Below are positions 8,368-16,755 of a DNA stretch of 32,000 nucleotides, piece by piece (the first letter of the stretch is position 1; the number at the start of each line of letters is the position of its first letter). The notes below the pieces were generated by a model. The model ran no database searches. It was given only the letters and a program-made list of their open reading frames with translations, and was not told where the DNA came from. The stretch comes from Candidatus Electronema halotolerans (GTDB lineage Bacteria > Desulfobacterota > Desulfobulbia > Desulfobulbales > Desulfobulbaceae), in NCBI GenBank assembly GCA_942493095.1, contig OW818675.1:2190001-2222000 (forward strand). Direction: 5' to 3'. The position numbers and the translations under genes were made by a program.

Positions 8368-10175
8368 GTCCAGAGGAGCTGATAGGGATTGTAGTAAAGC
8401 GGCAGGGTCTCCGGCATCTTGAACTTATCGGCAAAAGCCACCCGGTGATAGGCCAAATACCAGTTCGGCACCACATAGTAGCCATACCAGAGCACCCGGT
8501 CCAACGCCTTGCAGGCCGCAGTCAGCTCGTCCTGCGTCTTGGCGTAGATCAGCGAATCCACCAGACTGTCAACAACCGGCGACTTGATCCCTGCCAGATT
8601 GCCGCCGCCGTCCCGATCCGCAGCAGCGGAAGTCCAGTAATTGCGCTGCTCATTGCCCGGCGACTGCGACTGGCCAAAGGTGTTGACAACCATGTCAAAA
8701 GCAAAGCTCCTGATCCGGTCCTGATATAAAGCCGGGTCGATCATCCGATAGGTAGCCTTGATGCCCAGCTTGGCCAGATTCTTGACATAGGGCGCCATGA
8801 CCCGGTCAAAAAAGGCTTGATCAAGAAGAATTTCAAACTCCATCTTGCTGCCGTCCTTGGCGGTCAACACGCCGTCCTTGACCTGCCAGCCCTCCTCGTT
8901 GAGCAGCTTTTTAGCTTGGCGCAGGTTGCCGCGCAGACTGTTGGGCGGAGTCGTGCTTGGCGGAGTGAGCGGAGTCGTGAAGACTTCCGGCGGCATCGCA
9001 TCAGGATATTTCTCAGCCAAGGGTTTGAGCAGCTTCAGCTCGGCCTCGCCGGGCAGGCCGGTGGCAGCCAAGTCCGAGTTGCTGAAATAGGAATTCGCCC
9101 TTGTGTATTGCTTGAAGAACAGGGATTCATTGGTCCATTCAAAATCAAAAGCCAGACCAAGGGCCTGCCGGACTTTGCGGCTCTTGAAGAAAGGCCTCCG
9201 GGTGTTGAAGACAAAGGCCTGCATTCCCGCATTGTTGTGATGAGGAAATTCCTTTTTGATCAGCTTGCCGCTGTCAAAGAGGCGGCCTGTGAGGTCACGC
9301 TGCCACTGCTTGGCCACATTGACCCACATCAGATCAAAATCACCAGCCTTGAAGGCCTCCACGCCAACGACCTGATCCTTGAAATATTTGATCGTGATGG
9401 TGTCAAAGTTGAACATGCCTTTGCGGGCCGGGTGATCCGCAGCCCAGTACTTGGGATTGCGTCTGTAGGTGAGGGTCTTGCCCGGATTGACATCCTTTTT
9501 CTCAAGAATGTACGGCCCGCTCCCGACTGGCGGCAGCATCTGATCACCCTTGCTCCCTTCGCCAAAGCCGTGCTCCTCGTAGAACTTCTTGTTCAGCACC
9601 GGTAGCTGGGCGGCGATCAGATGCAGCTCGCGGTTGACCTTGGCAAAGTTGAAGCGGATTTGCAGCGGCCCCAATATCTCGGCATTGCTGATGTCCTGAA
9701 AATACATCTGATAGAACGGATGGGCCTTGCCGCTCTTGAGCGTGTCCAAGGAGTATTTGACATCCTCGGCTGTGACCGGGTTGCCGTCCGAGAACTTGGC
9801 CTGCTCGTTCAAGGTGAAGGTGACGGACTTTCTGTCCGCTGCCAGCTCAATGTCCTTGGCGATCAGGCCGTAGGCGGCGAACGGCTCGTTCAGGCTGCTG
9901 ACCGCCAGCGGCTCAAAGACCAAGTCATCCAAGCCAAAGGGAGCAATGCCCTTGAGCGTAAAAGGATTCATCTTGTCAAAGCTGCCCAGATCGTGCAGGG
10001 TCAGACTACCGCCCTTTTTTGCCTCTGGCGAAGTGTAGTCAAACTGGGTGAATCCGGGAGGATATTTCAGCTCGCCGTCAATCGAAATTCCGTGCGCGGC
10101 AAGGCTGGCTGACGGGACAAAAAAAGCAAGGGCGGCTGCGAGCAGGCTGGAAAAAACTGTTTTGAGCATGGGCAT
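8352..10175 (-). CDS. Periplasmic ABC-transporter substrate-binding protein, family 5 (peptide/oligopeptide, YejA-like)
   Basis: The long ORF has signal peptide MPMLKTVFSSLLAAALAFFVPSASLA when started at 10175. Length and sequence pattern fit family-5 SBPs. No permease or ATPase genes are adjacent. Confidence 0.75.
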   Translation of the reverse strand: MPMLKTVFSSLLAAALAFFVPSASLAAHGISIDGELKYPPGFTQFDYTSPEAKKGGSLTLHDLGSFDKMNPFTLKGIAPFGLDDLVFEPLAVSSLNEPFAAYGLIAKDIELAADRKSVTFTLNEQAKFSDGNPVTAEDVKYSLDTLKSGKAHPFYQMYFQDISNAEILGPLQIRFNFAKVNRELHLIAAQLPVLNKKFYEEHGFGEGSKGDQMLPPVGSGPYILEKKDVNPGKTLTYRRNPKYWAADHPARKGMFNFDTITIKYFKDQVVGVEAFKAGDFDLMWVNVAKQWQRDLTGRLFDSGKLIKKEFPHHNNAGMQAFVFNTRRPFFKSRKVRQALGLAFDFEWTNESLFFKQYTRANSYFSNSDLAATGLPGEAELKLLKPLAEKYPDAMPPEVFTTPLTPPSTTPPNSLRGNLRQAKKLLNEEGWQVKDGVLTAKDGSKMEFEILLDQAFFDRVMAPYVKNLAKLGIKATYRMIDPALYQDRIRSFAFDMVVNTFGQSQSPGNEQRNYWTSAAADRDGGGNLAGIKSPVVDSLVDSLIYAKTQDELTAACKALDRVLWYGYYVVPNWYLAYHRVAFADKFKMPETLPLYYNPYQLLWTWWAK

Positions 10176-10258
10176 GATCCGTTGTTGAAGTTGGCAGATT
10201 GCAGTTGCAGTGTCTTGGCAGAATAACACGCCGGAAGGAATGCGGAAAGGAGAGATGC

Positions 10259-10286
10259 AGGGGGCCAGGCACGCCCCCTGTTTTTG
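10259..10286. terminator. Hairpin with T5 run next to the end of the duplicated rcnA 3' segment
   Basis: caggggg (10259-10265) pairs with ccccctg (10275-10281) over a 9-nt loop, followed by ttttt on the plus strand. No plus-strand gene ends here. On the minus strand it follows the TAA at 10292-10294 but lacks a clean U-run. Confidence 0.3.
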
Positions 10287-10291
10287 CAGGC

Positions 10292-10500
10292 TTAGAAGTA
10301 AATGCTTCTGATGGAGTGAAACATGGTGTAGGAGCCGAGGGCAATGATCAGCACTGCGCTGGCAATGCCCATCATTCGGGCAAAGTCAAAATTCTCACTG
10401 ATCCTGTCGGTCAGACGGCGGCTTTGAGAAAGAAGTGCTATCAAGCCGAGACTGAAGAAGAGCATGACTGTCAGAGCTTGGGCTGTACCAGATGTTTTTG
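10292..10500 (-). pseudogene. Degenerate, out-of-frame tandem copy of the 3' end of the rcnA-like gene
   Basis: The 80-aa ORF (..ALTVMLFFSLGLIALLSQSRRLTDRISENFDFARMMGIASAVLIIALGSYTMFHSIRSIYF) parallels the C-terminus of the upstream gene (..ALTATLFFSLGLGGVMITIGVVLSQSRHLTSRISEHFDFARKMGIVSAVLIIALGSYTMYYSVKNIW). 10321-10484 aligns with 10511-10692 apart from a 21-nt gap. Confidence 0.75.
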
Positions 10501-11420
10501 ACTGAATAATACATGGTGTAAGAGCCGAGCGCAATGATCAGCACCGCGCTGACAATGCCCATTTTCCGGGCAAAGTCAAAATGTTCACTGATTCTGCTGG
10601 TCAGGTGGCGGCTTTGGGAGAGGACCACGCCGATGGTGATCATCACTCCGCCCAAACCGAGACTGAAAAAGAGCGTGGCTGTCAGAGCCTGGGCCATCCT
10701 GCCTGTGCCAATGGCAGCCACCAGCGCGGACAGAGCTGCCGGGCAGGGAATGATGCCGCCGGACATGCCGAGCAGCAGCAGCTCCATCTTGTTGGAGCCT
10801 GACTTGGCCACAGCCTTGCCGTGGTTATGGTCATGCTGCGCAGCAGGCTGAGGATGTTTGGCAGCATGTTCATGCGGCTCATGCAGATGATCATGATAGC
10901 CGCCGTCATGTTCATGCGGATGGACATGCGGATGATGATGCTCATGGTCGTGCTCAGGCGGATGCGGATACTCATGCTGATGACCGTGCTCATCCTTGTC
11001 CTCATGGGTGTGGCTGTGGGTGTGGGGATGATGATGCTCATGGCTGTGCGGATGCGGCTGCTCATCATGATGGTGATGGCCGCCAAACAGATGGAAATGG
11101 CCGTGGCCGGAGCCGGAGAGCCGCTGCCGCAGCATCCAGATGCCGACAATCAGAATCAGGCCGGCGGAAACCAGACCCAGCCAGTTGTGGAGTGCTTCGC
11201 TGGAATAGGTTTTCGACAGGAACCAGGCAGCAAGACCCAATAAAATGACGCTGAACGTATGGGTGATAGTGACGATGGTGCCAAGCAGCACGCCGTCCAT
11301 GGCCCGCCCTTTACTGCCGACCATATAGGCCGCAATCAGGGTTTTGCCGTGACCGGGTTCAAAGGCATGCACAGCTCCAACAATGATGGCGTACAGGTAA
11401 ATCGTCAGGGTGGTGGTCAT
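10395..11420 (-). CDS. rcnA: Nickel/cobalt efflux transporter, RcnA family, with a very long His-rich loop
   Basis: HAFEPGHGKT and GGIIPCPAA motifs resemble E. coli RcnA. The central loop is packed with H/E/D (..HGHFHLFGGHHHHDEQPHPHSHEHHHPHTHSHTHEDKDEHGHQHEYPH..). The likely start is the ATG at 11420 (MTTTLTIYLY), preceded by a GGAGAC RBS. The C-terminal tail of about 30 aa comes from reading through the duplicated segment in the wrong frame. Confidence 0.8.
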   Translation of the reverse strand: MTTTLTIYLYAIIVGAVHAFEPGHGKTLIAAYMVGSKGRAMDGVLLGTIVTITHTFSVILLGLAAWFLSKTYSSEALHNWLGLVSAGLILIVGIWMLRQRLSGSGHGHFHLFGGHHHHDEQPHPHSHEHHHPHTHSHTHEDKDEHGHQHEYPHPPEHDHEHHHPHVHPHEHDGGYHDHLHEPHEHAAKHPQPAAQHDHNHGKAVAKSGSNKMELLLLGMSGGIIPCPAALSALVAAIGTGRMAQALTATLFFSLGLGGVMITIGVVLSQSRHLTSRISEHFDFARKMGIVSAVLIIALGSYTMYYSVKNIWYSPSSDSHALLQSRLDSTSFSKPPSDRQDQ

Positions 11421-11771
11421 AAAGTCTCCGTCCTTTTTTTGGATTGAAATGTTGCTGCGGTGTTCTTTGTAAAACCATATCACCCTCTGCCCGCGCAATG
11501 GGGTCTGCGCCTCATTTGTCTGGGCAAAACTCCTATGCGTCCGGGCAGGCTGCCTGCTTGCCAAGCGTGATCACAGGAAGGCAGTTTTATAATCTCAAGC
11601 AGTTATTTCATCTCGGCACCGCATGGCGGCAACAGGATAATACAAAAAAATATCTTGTGTGAGTTACATGAGTTAGAAAGACTGACCGCTGTTCTCCCCA
11701 GCCTGCCGTCCGGCAAACTTGACGTGGCAGTGGCAGCAGCAGCACTCACAGCTTGCTGCTCCAATCTGCTC

Positions 11772-12437
11772 TTACCCAACCTTCCGATATTTCAGAATCA
11801 TGCAGGTTGGGTAAATCAGTCCCAGAATGACCTGCTCGCTGGCCGGGAAATCGGTCATTTCCTCCAGCAGCTCAAGCCGGGCCGCTTGCAGCACTGCTGG
11901 ATCAAGGTAATCCATCATGGTGTGGCCCTGCTCGGTCAGCTTGATGGAGCGGTTGAAGATGTAGGACGTGACCAGCCGCTTGGCATAATAATCGGAATTG
12001 CCGTCATTGATGCGGCTTTCCAGCAGATTGCGGAAGGGATGCTTGGCAAGAACCATGATGACCCCGCCGGGTTTGGCGACGCGGATCATCTCCAGCAGCG
12101 TTTTCGGCACATCCTCAGTGTGCTGAATCGCGTAAAAGCTGGTTACAAGGTCAAACCTTTCATCGTCAAAAGGAAGCTGTTCCATCGGGGCTTGGACAAA
12201 GACACCAGACACCTTTTCCTGTGCCATTGCAATCTCTTGTTCAGAGATGTCCACGCCAGAGACCGCAGCTCCTTGAGCAACATAACAGGCTGCATCATGA
12301 CCTGAACCGCAGCCGACATCAAGAATGGCTTTTCCTTGTAAATCCGGCAGGAGTGAATAGAAATACCTCCTCGTCGCCTCCTCCATATCCTCGGTTCCCT
12401 GCGCATATTCCTCTGCAAACTGATCGTAGTTTCCCAT
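11772..12437 (-). CDS. Class I SAM-dependent methyltransferase
   Basis: 221 aa with SAM-binding motif I ILDVGCGSGHDAACY and the acidic loop VSGVDISEQ. The substrate cannot be determined from sequence. Confidence 0.8.
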   Translation of the reverse strand: MGNYDQFAEEYAQGTEDMEEATRRYFYSLLPDLQGKAILDVGCGSGHDAACYVAQGAAVSGVDISEQEIAMAQEKVSGVFVQAPMEQLPFDDERFDLVTSFYAIQHTEDVPKTLLEMIRVAKPGGVIMVLAKHPFRNLLESRINDGNSDYYAKRLVTSYIFNRSIKLTEQGHTMMDYLDPAVLQAARLELLEEMTDFPASEQVILGLIYPTCMILKYRKVG

Positions 12438-12469
12438 AGTTCTTCAAGAGGCTGAATGTTGCCGGGTGT

Positions 12470-12919
12470 TTAGCTGTTGGTGTTGTTTGTCCCCTTTTTC
12501 GGGCCAGGGCGGAATGCTTTGAGAAAATCAAAAAGATATTGGGCCTGCTCCTTGATTTCCGGGTAGGCGTTTTCAAATTCGCGGATGCGTCGGGAAGCAC
12601 TGTACAGCCCTTCCATGCAGCGGGAGGTGGCTTGCAGCCGCTGGTGATAGACCGACTGGTGCAGCCGTTCCAGCAGTTGTTCAATGGGTTCAAGGCGTTT
12701 GACCTCAGCAATGCCCTGCTCAAGATCAGCCATGACCGCAGGCGCAAGGCGGAGAGTTTCGGCGTGCTCCTGCACCAAGCGGCTGGTGTCGTCCACCATT
12801 GCCTGATAGCCGGGCAGGGCTTTGTGCAGGGCCTGCACGTCCGCGCCATCCAAGGGAGGCGCAAGCTCCACGCCCAGCAGTTCTGCAACTTGTTCGATAG
12901 TGACGTTTTCGTTCGGCAT
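12470..12919 (-). CDS. Hypothetical protein (149 aa, helical), probably co-transcribed with the methyltransferase
   Basis: Clean ORF with a GGGAGA RBS before the ATG at 12919 and a 32-nt gap to the next gene. I recognise no motif. Confidence 0.55.
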   Translation of the reverse strand: MPNENVTIEQVAELLGVELAPPLDGADVQALHKALPGYQAMVDDTSRLVQEHAETLRLAPAVMADLEQGIAEVKRLEPIEQLLERLHQSVYHQRLQATSRCMEGLYSASRRIREFENAYPEIKEQAQYLFDFLKAFRPGPKKGTNNTNS

Positions 12920-12955
12920 TGCAAGTTCTCCCTGTAAGTTGTTTTCGAGATGGAG

Positions 12956-12971
12956 ACAGGTTTAAACCTGT
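12956..12971. promoter_or_regulatory. Perfect 16-bp palindrome acaggtttaaacctgt, candidate operator
   Basis: Read directly from the sequence. It lies 37 bp upstream of the start codon at 12919. Confidence 0.35.
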
Positions 12972-13104
12972 GGCTGGCCGCTGTCAAGGGAAAAGAGCGG
13001 GGAAATTTTTAGGCAGGAGGAAGGGCGAGGCTGGGTGGAGGCAGAAGCGGACTTGGAAAAGGCAGGCGGTTTCTGGGTTGGAGGCAGAAAAATGCTGGCT
13101 TGAA

Positions 13105-13363
13105 TCAAGAATTTCCTTTTTTGGAAGAGAATTTATTCGTCTCTGATAAGTTCTCCCCGCCATGCAGACAGCCGACCACGCCGTTCTTGCAGAAAATCTC
13201 CAGCGCATCCGGGCCGACAGCAATTCCCCTTTGCTCATTTTGAAATTTAAGCGGTTCTATGATTTCAAATTGAACCATTACTTCCTCTCCAGAATGCAGG
13301 CCCGGCAAGCTTCACATTGGGGATGAACAACCCACCGTCTTTGACGATTGCATTTACGATCAT
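13105..13363 (-). pseudogene. Small ORF apparently split by a +1 frameshift (N-terminus resembles AF2212/DUF104-type small antitoxin-like proteins)
   Basis: The ATG at 13363, preceded by a GAGGGA RBS, gives MIVNAIVKDGGLFIPNVKLAGPAFWRGSNGSI*. The listed 67-aa ORF (..LHSGEEVMVQFEIIEPLKF..) continues in the next frame from the same spot. The family assignment is weak. Confidence 0.3.
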
Positions 13364-13537
13364 TTTTTCCCTCTTCAGCAAAGGTTGGCTTAGATTTTAA
13401 TTTTTCGTCTCTTCTTCAATATTCCGCTGAACCTTTCCTTGGCGTTCCAGCATGGCTTCTGTGCGTTTTTGCCAAAATTCAAGCTGCTCCTGCACTGACA
13501 TGCCAGCCCTGTACTCCACCCGCTTTTCTCAAATTCC

Positions 13538-13888
13538 TCAATCAGCTTCTTCACTTCCTCCAGAACCCAAGTCATGGTCACTTAAAGCCCATTTAATCAG
13601 AAATATTATTATTTGAAATATGCTTAACGGTATCAGGACAAAAGCAGAAGCGCAGCATGCAAGCAGCATATACGGAATAATATTTTTTAAAGGTATATTG
13701 ACTTCAAAAATATCATATAAGCTCAATCCCCACCAGATTACAGGAAAGAGAGACAAAGCAACTCCTGCCCCAAATCGGATAAGTGCTTCCCTAAGATTCT
13801 GCACAAAAATCTTATTTCCGGTAATCTGCTGAATTATCACTCCAAAAAAAGTAATAATTATTGCCGTACATCCTATTATGAACAGCAT
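13538..13888 (-). CDS. Small integral membrane protein (116 aa, about 3 TM segments) in an AT-rich patch
   Basis: Strong AGGAGG RBS before the ATG at 13888, 18 nt after the ABC-F stop. Hydrophobic segments include IIGCTAIIITFFGVII, GVALSLFPVIWWGLSL and LLACCASAFVLIPLSIFQIIIFLI. Confidence 0.6.
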   Translation of the reverse strand: MLFIIGCTAIIITFFGVIIQQITGNKIFVQNLREALIRFGAGVALSLFPVIWWGLSLYDIFEVNIPLKNIIPYMLLACCASAFVLIPLSIFQIIIFLIKWALSDHDLGSGGSEEAD

Positions 13889-13905
13889 AATCAGCCTCCT
13901 ATCTT

Positions 13906-15852
13906 CTATTGCTCCATCTCCTCAATCTTCCCCTGCGCTTCCTCCCAGACCGCATACTGCCGCTCCAGCCGCCGCCGCACCTCATTGTAGTCCTTGCTGA
14001 CCTTGGCCCACTGCGCCTGATCCGCATACAAATCAGGGTCAGCCATCTGCGATTCCAGCTCGATCTTGCGCTCCTCCAACTGCTCAATCTCTTTCTCCGC
14101 CGCCTCAGCTTTTTTCTTCCACGGCCTCAAGACAGCATTGAGCTGCTCCTGCTGCTGGGCGCGCTGCCGCCGTTCCTCCTTGCGATTGACTGATTGCTCT
14201 GCTGCTTTGACGACTGGCTGCGCCTCGACCTTTGCTGCCGCCTCCAGCCGCTGACGAATTGCCAAGTAATCGTCAATATTGCCCTCGTGCAGCACGGCCT
14301 GCTGCTCGCGAATTTCCAGCACCTTGTTGACAAAAGAATTAACAAAGCTGCGGTTGTGCGAGACCACAATGATCGTGCCCTCGTACTGGGCCATGGCCTC
14401 CTGCAAAACCTCCTGCGAGCTGATGTCAAGATGGTTGGTCGGCTCATCAAGCAGCATCAGGTTGGCGGGCTTGACCAGCATTTTTGCCAGCGCGACCCGG
14501 CTTTTCTCGCCGCCGGACAGCACCTGCACCTTTTTATCGACCTCGTCGCCGCTGAAGAGAAACGTGCCCAGCAGCGAGCGCACCTTGGTCACGGTCAGGT
14601 CTTGGGAGCCATGATACACTGTGTCCAAGATGCTGTACTGGCCGTCCAGCTCCTGAGCCTGATGCTGGCCAAAATAGGTCATAATCACGTTATGCCCCTG
14701 CCGAACCGTGCCGCTGTCGGCTGCTTCCAGCCCGGCCATGATTTTCATCAGGGTGGTCTTGCCTGCGCCATTCACACCGACTATGGCCAGCTTGTCGCCC
14801 CGCCGCAGAGTGAAGGAGACATCGCGCAAAATCGTCCTGCCATCAAACTGTTTGCTCACGCCTTCTAATTGCAACACGTCGCGGCCCGAATCAGCAGCAG
14901 GCGGAAAAGAAAAGCGAATCTCCCGTTCGCTCTCAGCCAGCTCAATCCGTTCAATCTTTTCCAACTGCTTGACCCGACTCTGCACCTGCTTGGCCTTGGT
15001 CGATTTGGCCCGGAAGCGGGTGATGAACTGCTCGGCCTGCTTGATCATGGCCTGCTGATTGTCGTAGGCAGCCCGCTCCAGCTCCATGCGCTGGGCCTTT
15101 TCAATCAGATATTGCGAATAGTTGCCTTTATAGGCGGTCAGTCTGCCCAGACTCAGCTCCCAGGTTTTTGTTGTCACCCGATCAAGGAACGAGCGGTCAT
15201 GGGAGATGATCATCATCGCCCCCTGATACTGCTGGAGAAAGTCCTCCATCCACGTCAGCGAGTCCAGATCAAGGTGGTTGGTCGGCTCGTCGAGGAGGAG
15301 CAAGGCGGGCTGGCGCAGGAGCAGCTTGGCTAACAGCAGGCGCATGATCCAGCCGCCGGAGAACTCGGACACTGCTCTGTCCAAATCCGCTTTGGCAAAG
15401 CCAAGGCCGAAGAGAATTCGCTCAATCTGCGGGCGGATGCGGAAGACATCATGCCCGTCGAGCAGATGCTGCAACTCGCCTTGACGTTCGATCAGGGCAG
15501 GCAACTCCGGGCTGTCTTGGCCCAGCTTGGCCAGCTTCTGGCTGATTTCCTCGAACTCTTGCTGCTGCTGCAATGCTTCCGCAAACGCGCTCTCCGCCTC
15601 GTCGTACAAGGTGCGGCTGCCCAGCTCAATGGTGATTTCCTGCGGCAGATAGGCGACAGTGAACCACGAGGCCCGGCTGACCACGCCAGGGTCGCTTTCC
15701 TGCTCGCCGCAGATGATTTTCATCAAGGTCGATTTGCCCGTGCCATTGACCCCGATAAGGCCGATGCGGTCGTTGACGTGAATCTGGGCGGAAACATCAC
15801 GGAACAGATGCTTGTATCCGTGCTGGAGACTGAGATTGCTGATGGTGAGCAT
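13906..15852 (-). CDS. ABC-F family ATPase (two ABC domains plus a C-terminal coiled coil; Uup/YbiT-like)
   Basis: 648 aa. It has two Walker A motifs (GVNGTGKST, GVNGAGKTT), two signature motifs (FSGGW.., LSGGEKSR) and two Walker B motifs (LLLLDEPTNHLD, LMLLDEPTNHLD). There are no TM domains. The C-terminus is rich in K/E/Q. Confidence 0.9.
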   Translation of the reverse strand: MLTISNLSLQHGYKHLFRDVSAQIHVNDRIGLIGVNGTGKSTLMKIICGEQESDPGVVSRASWFTVAYLPQEITIELGSRTLYDEAESAFAEALQQQQEFEEISQKLAKLGQDSPELPALIERQGELQHLLDGHDVFRIRPQIERILFGLGFAKADLDRAVSEFSGGWIMRLLLAKLLLRQPALLLLDEPTNHLDLDSLTWMEDFLQQYQGAMMIISHDRSFLDRVTTKTWELSLGRLTAYKGNYSQYLIEKAQRMELERAAYDNQQAMIKQAEQFITRFRAKSTKAKQVQSRVKQLEKIERIELAESEREIRFSFPPAADSGRDVLQLEGVSKQFDGRTILRDVSFTLRRGDKLAIVGVNGAGKTTLMKIMAGLEAADSGTVRQGHNVIMTYFGQHQAQELDGQYSILDTVYHGSQDLTVTKVRSLLGTFLFSGDEVDKKVQVLSGGEKSRVALAKMLVKPANLMLLDEPTNHLDISSQEVLQEAMAQYEGTIIVVSHNRSFVNSFVNKVLEIREQQAVLHEGNIDDYLAIRQRLEAAAKVEAQPVVKAAEQSVNRKEERRQRAQQQEQLNAVLRPWKKKAEAAEKEIEQLEERKIELESQMADPDLYADQAQWAKVSKDYNEVRRRLERQYAVWEEAQGKIEEMEQ

Positions 15853-16007
15853 GAGGTTGCAGGCGGTCAGGCCGGGTGATTGTTTAACGGTGTTCGCTGC
15901 CGGAGAGAATACTCTGCCTGCCGGAAAATTTCAAAGGGAACTGCGGCAGGCAGCGTGCTGGCTCGTCTGTGTTGTCACCTGCCAATCCTGACAATGGAGG
16001 ACTATTT

Positions 16008-16036
16008 ATTGCTTGCCAGCAAAATATAGCCTATAT
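16008..16036 (+). promoter_or_regulatory. Sigma70-type promoter candidate TTGCTT-17-TATATT
   Basis: -35 at 16008-16013 and -10 at 16031-16036, with exactly 17 nt between them. It lies about 75 nt upstream of the 16113 start. Confidence 0.45.
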
Positions 16037-16112
16037 TTTACTGGTCGCTGCAATTGCTGCGGTCGCTGCAAAGTGATCAGCAAACTGAAAAAATTCCAGA
16101 AGGAGGAATGTG

Positions 16113-16646
16113 ATGAGGTTCAAGGTGTTGTTGCTGACTGTTTTTTTGGTGGCTCTGGCGGCTGTTCAAACGCAAGCTGCTGGAAACATCGGAGTTATCA
16201 GGCATATAGGAGATCACGTTGTTCACAGTCCGCCGTTGCAGACCAAAAAGGACCTCTGGCAGATGATGCGGAATCCAAAGGTTTGGCAGGACATGAAGAA
16301 TGCGCTGAAAAGGGCGCAATGCCTGGGAACCAAAACAGGCAGGTGCATTGATCTTGCCGGAGAGATTCATGCCTTGTTTCCAGCCAGCTACGATGCCTTC
16401 AAGGAGCAGAAGGCCGAAGAAATCCGTGATTCTCTCTATGAAAGCGGCTCTGTCATTTTTAATTGGATGATGTACAGGAGCAAAGGCAAGGGGAGAATAA
16501 AAGTGTCCGGGAAAATAAAATGGGGAGGCAATTATGCACTCCCGGCTTATGAGTTTTCCATTCCCTACAAGAATCGCATTTATGTTTTCACCGTGCCCAA
16601 GGAATGCGGCAACTTGGCCTTGGTAAAGAAACTTTGCTTGCCATAA
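16113..16646 (+). CDS. Secreted hypothetical protein (signal peptide)
   Basis: The ATG at 16113 follows an AGGAGGA RBS (the track starts 3 nt earlier at GTG). The N-terminus MRFKVLLLTVFLVALAAVQTQAAG is a typical Sec signal. I recognise no domain. Confidence 0.65.
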   Translation: MRFKVLLLTVFLVALAAVQTQAAGNIGVIRHIGDHVVHSPPLQTKKDLWQMMRNPKVWQDMKNALKRAQCLGTKTGRCIDLAGEIHALFPASYDAFKEQKAEEIRDSLYESGSVIFNWMMYRSKGKGRIKVSGKIKWGGNYALPAYEFSIPYKNRIYVFTVPKECGNLALVKKLCLP

Positions 16647-16652
16647 GTCAGG

Positions 16653-16692
16653 CAATTCATCAACTGCGCATTGCAACGCAGTTGATGAATTG
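16653..16692 (+). terminator. Perfect 16-bp stem hairpin after the secreted-protein gene
   Basis: caattcatcaactgcg (16653-16668) pairs with cgcagttgatgaattg (16677-16692) over an 8-nt loop. No T-run follows, so it may instead be a processing or regulatory stem ahead of the next gene. Confidence 0.45.
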
Positions 16693-16755
16693 GACAGCAC
16701 AGCCGAATACGGACGCTTCTTCGTGGCAAAAAACTTTCATCCAACGAGGCCCGCC

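Noticed and set aside
8817-9605. 262-aa plus-strand ORF
   Set aside because: Antisense to the family-5 SBP gene, with no RBS or recognisable motif.
10682-11243. 155-aa minus and 140-aa plus ORFs rich in M/I/R/S
   Set aside because: They are alternative frames of the CAT/CAC-rich His-loop coding region of rcnA, so they are low-complexity artefacts.
11655-12305. 216-aa plus-strand ORF
   Set aside because: Antisense to the SAM methyltransferase, which carries the canonical motif I.
16077-16700. 207-aa minus-strand ORF opposite the secreted-protein gene
   Set aside because: The plus-strand ORF has a promoter, an AGGAGGA RBS and a clean signal peptide. The minus ORF has none of these and would run through the hairpin.
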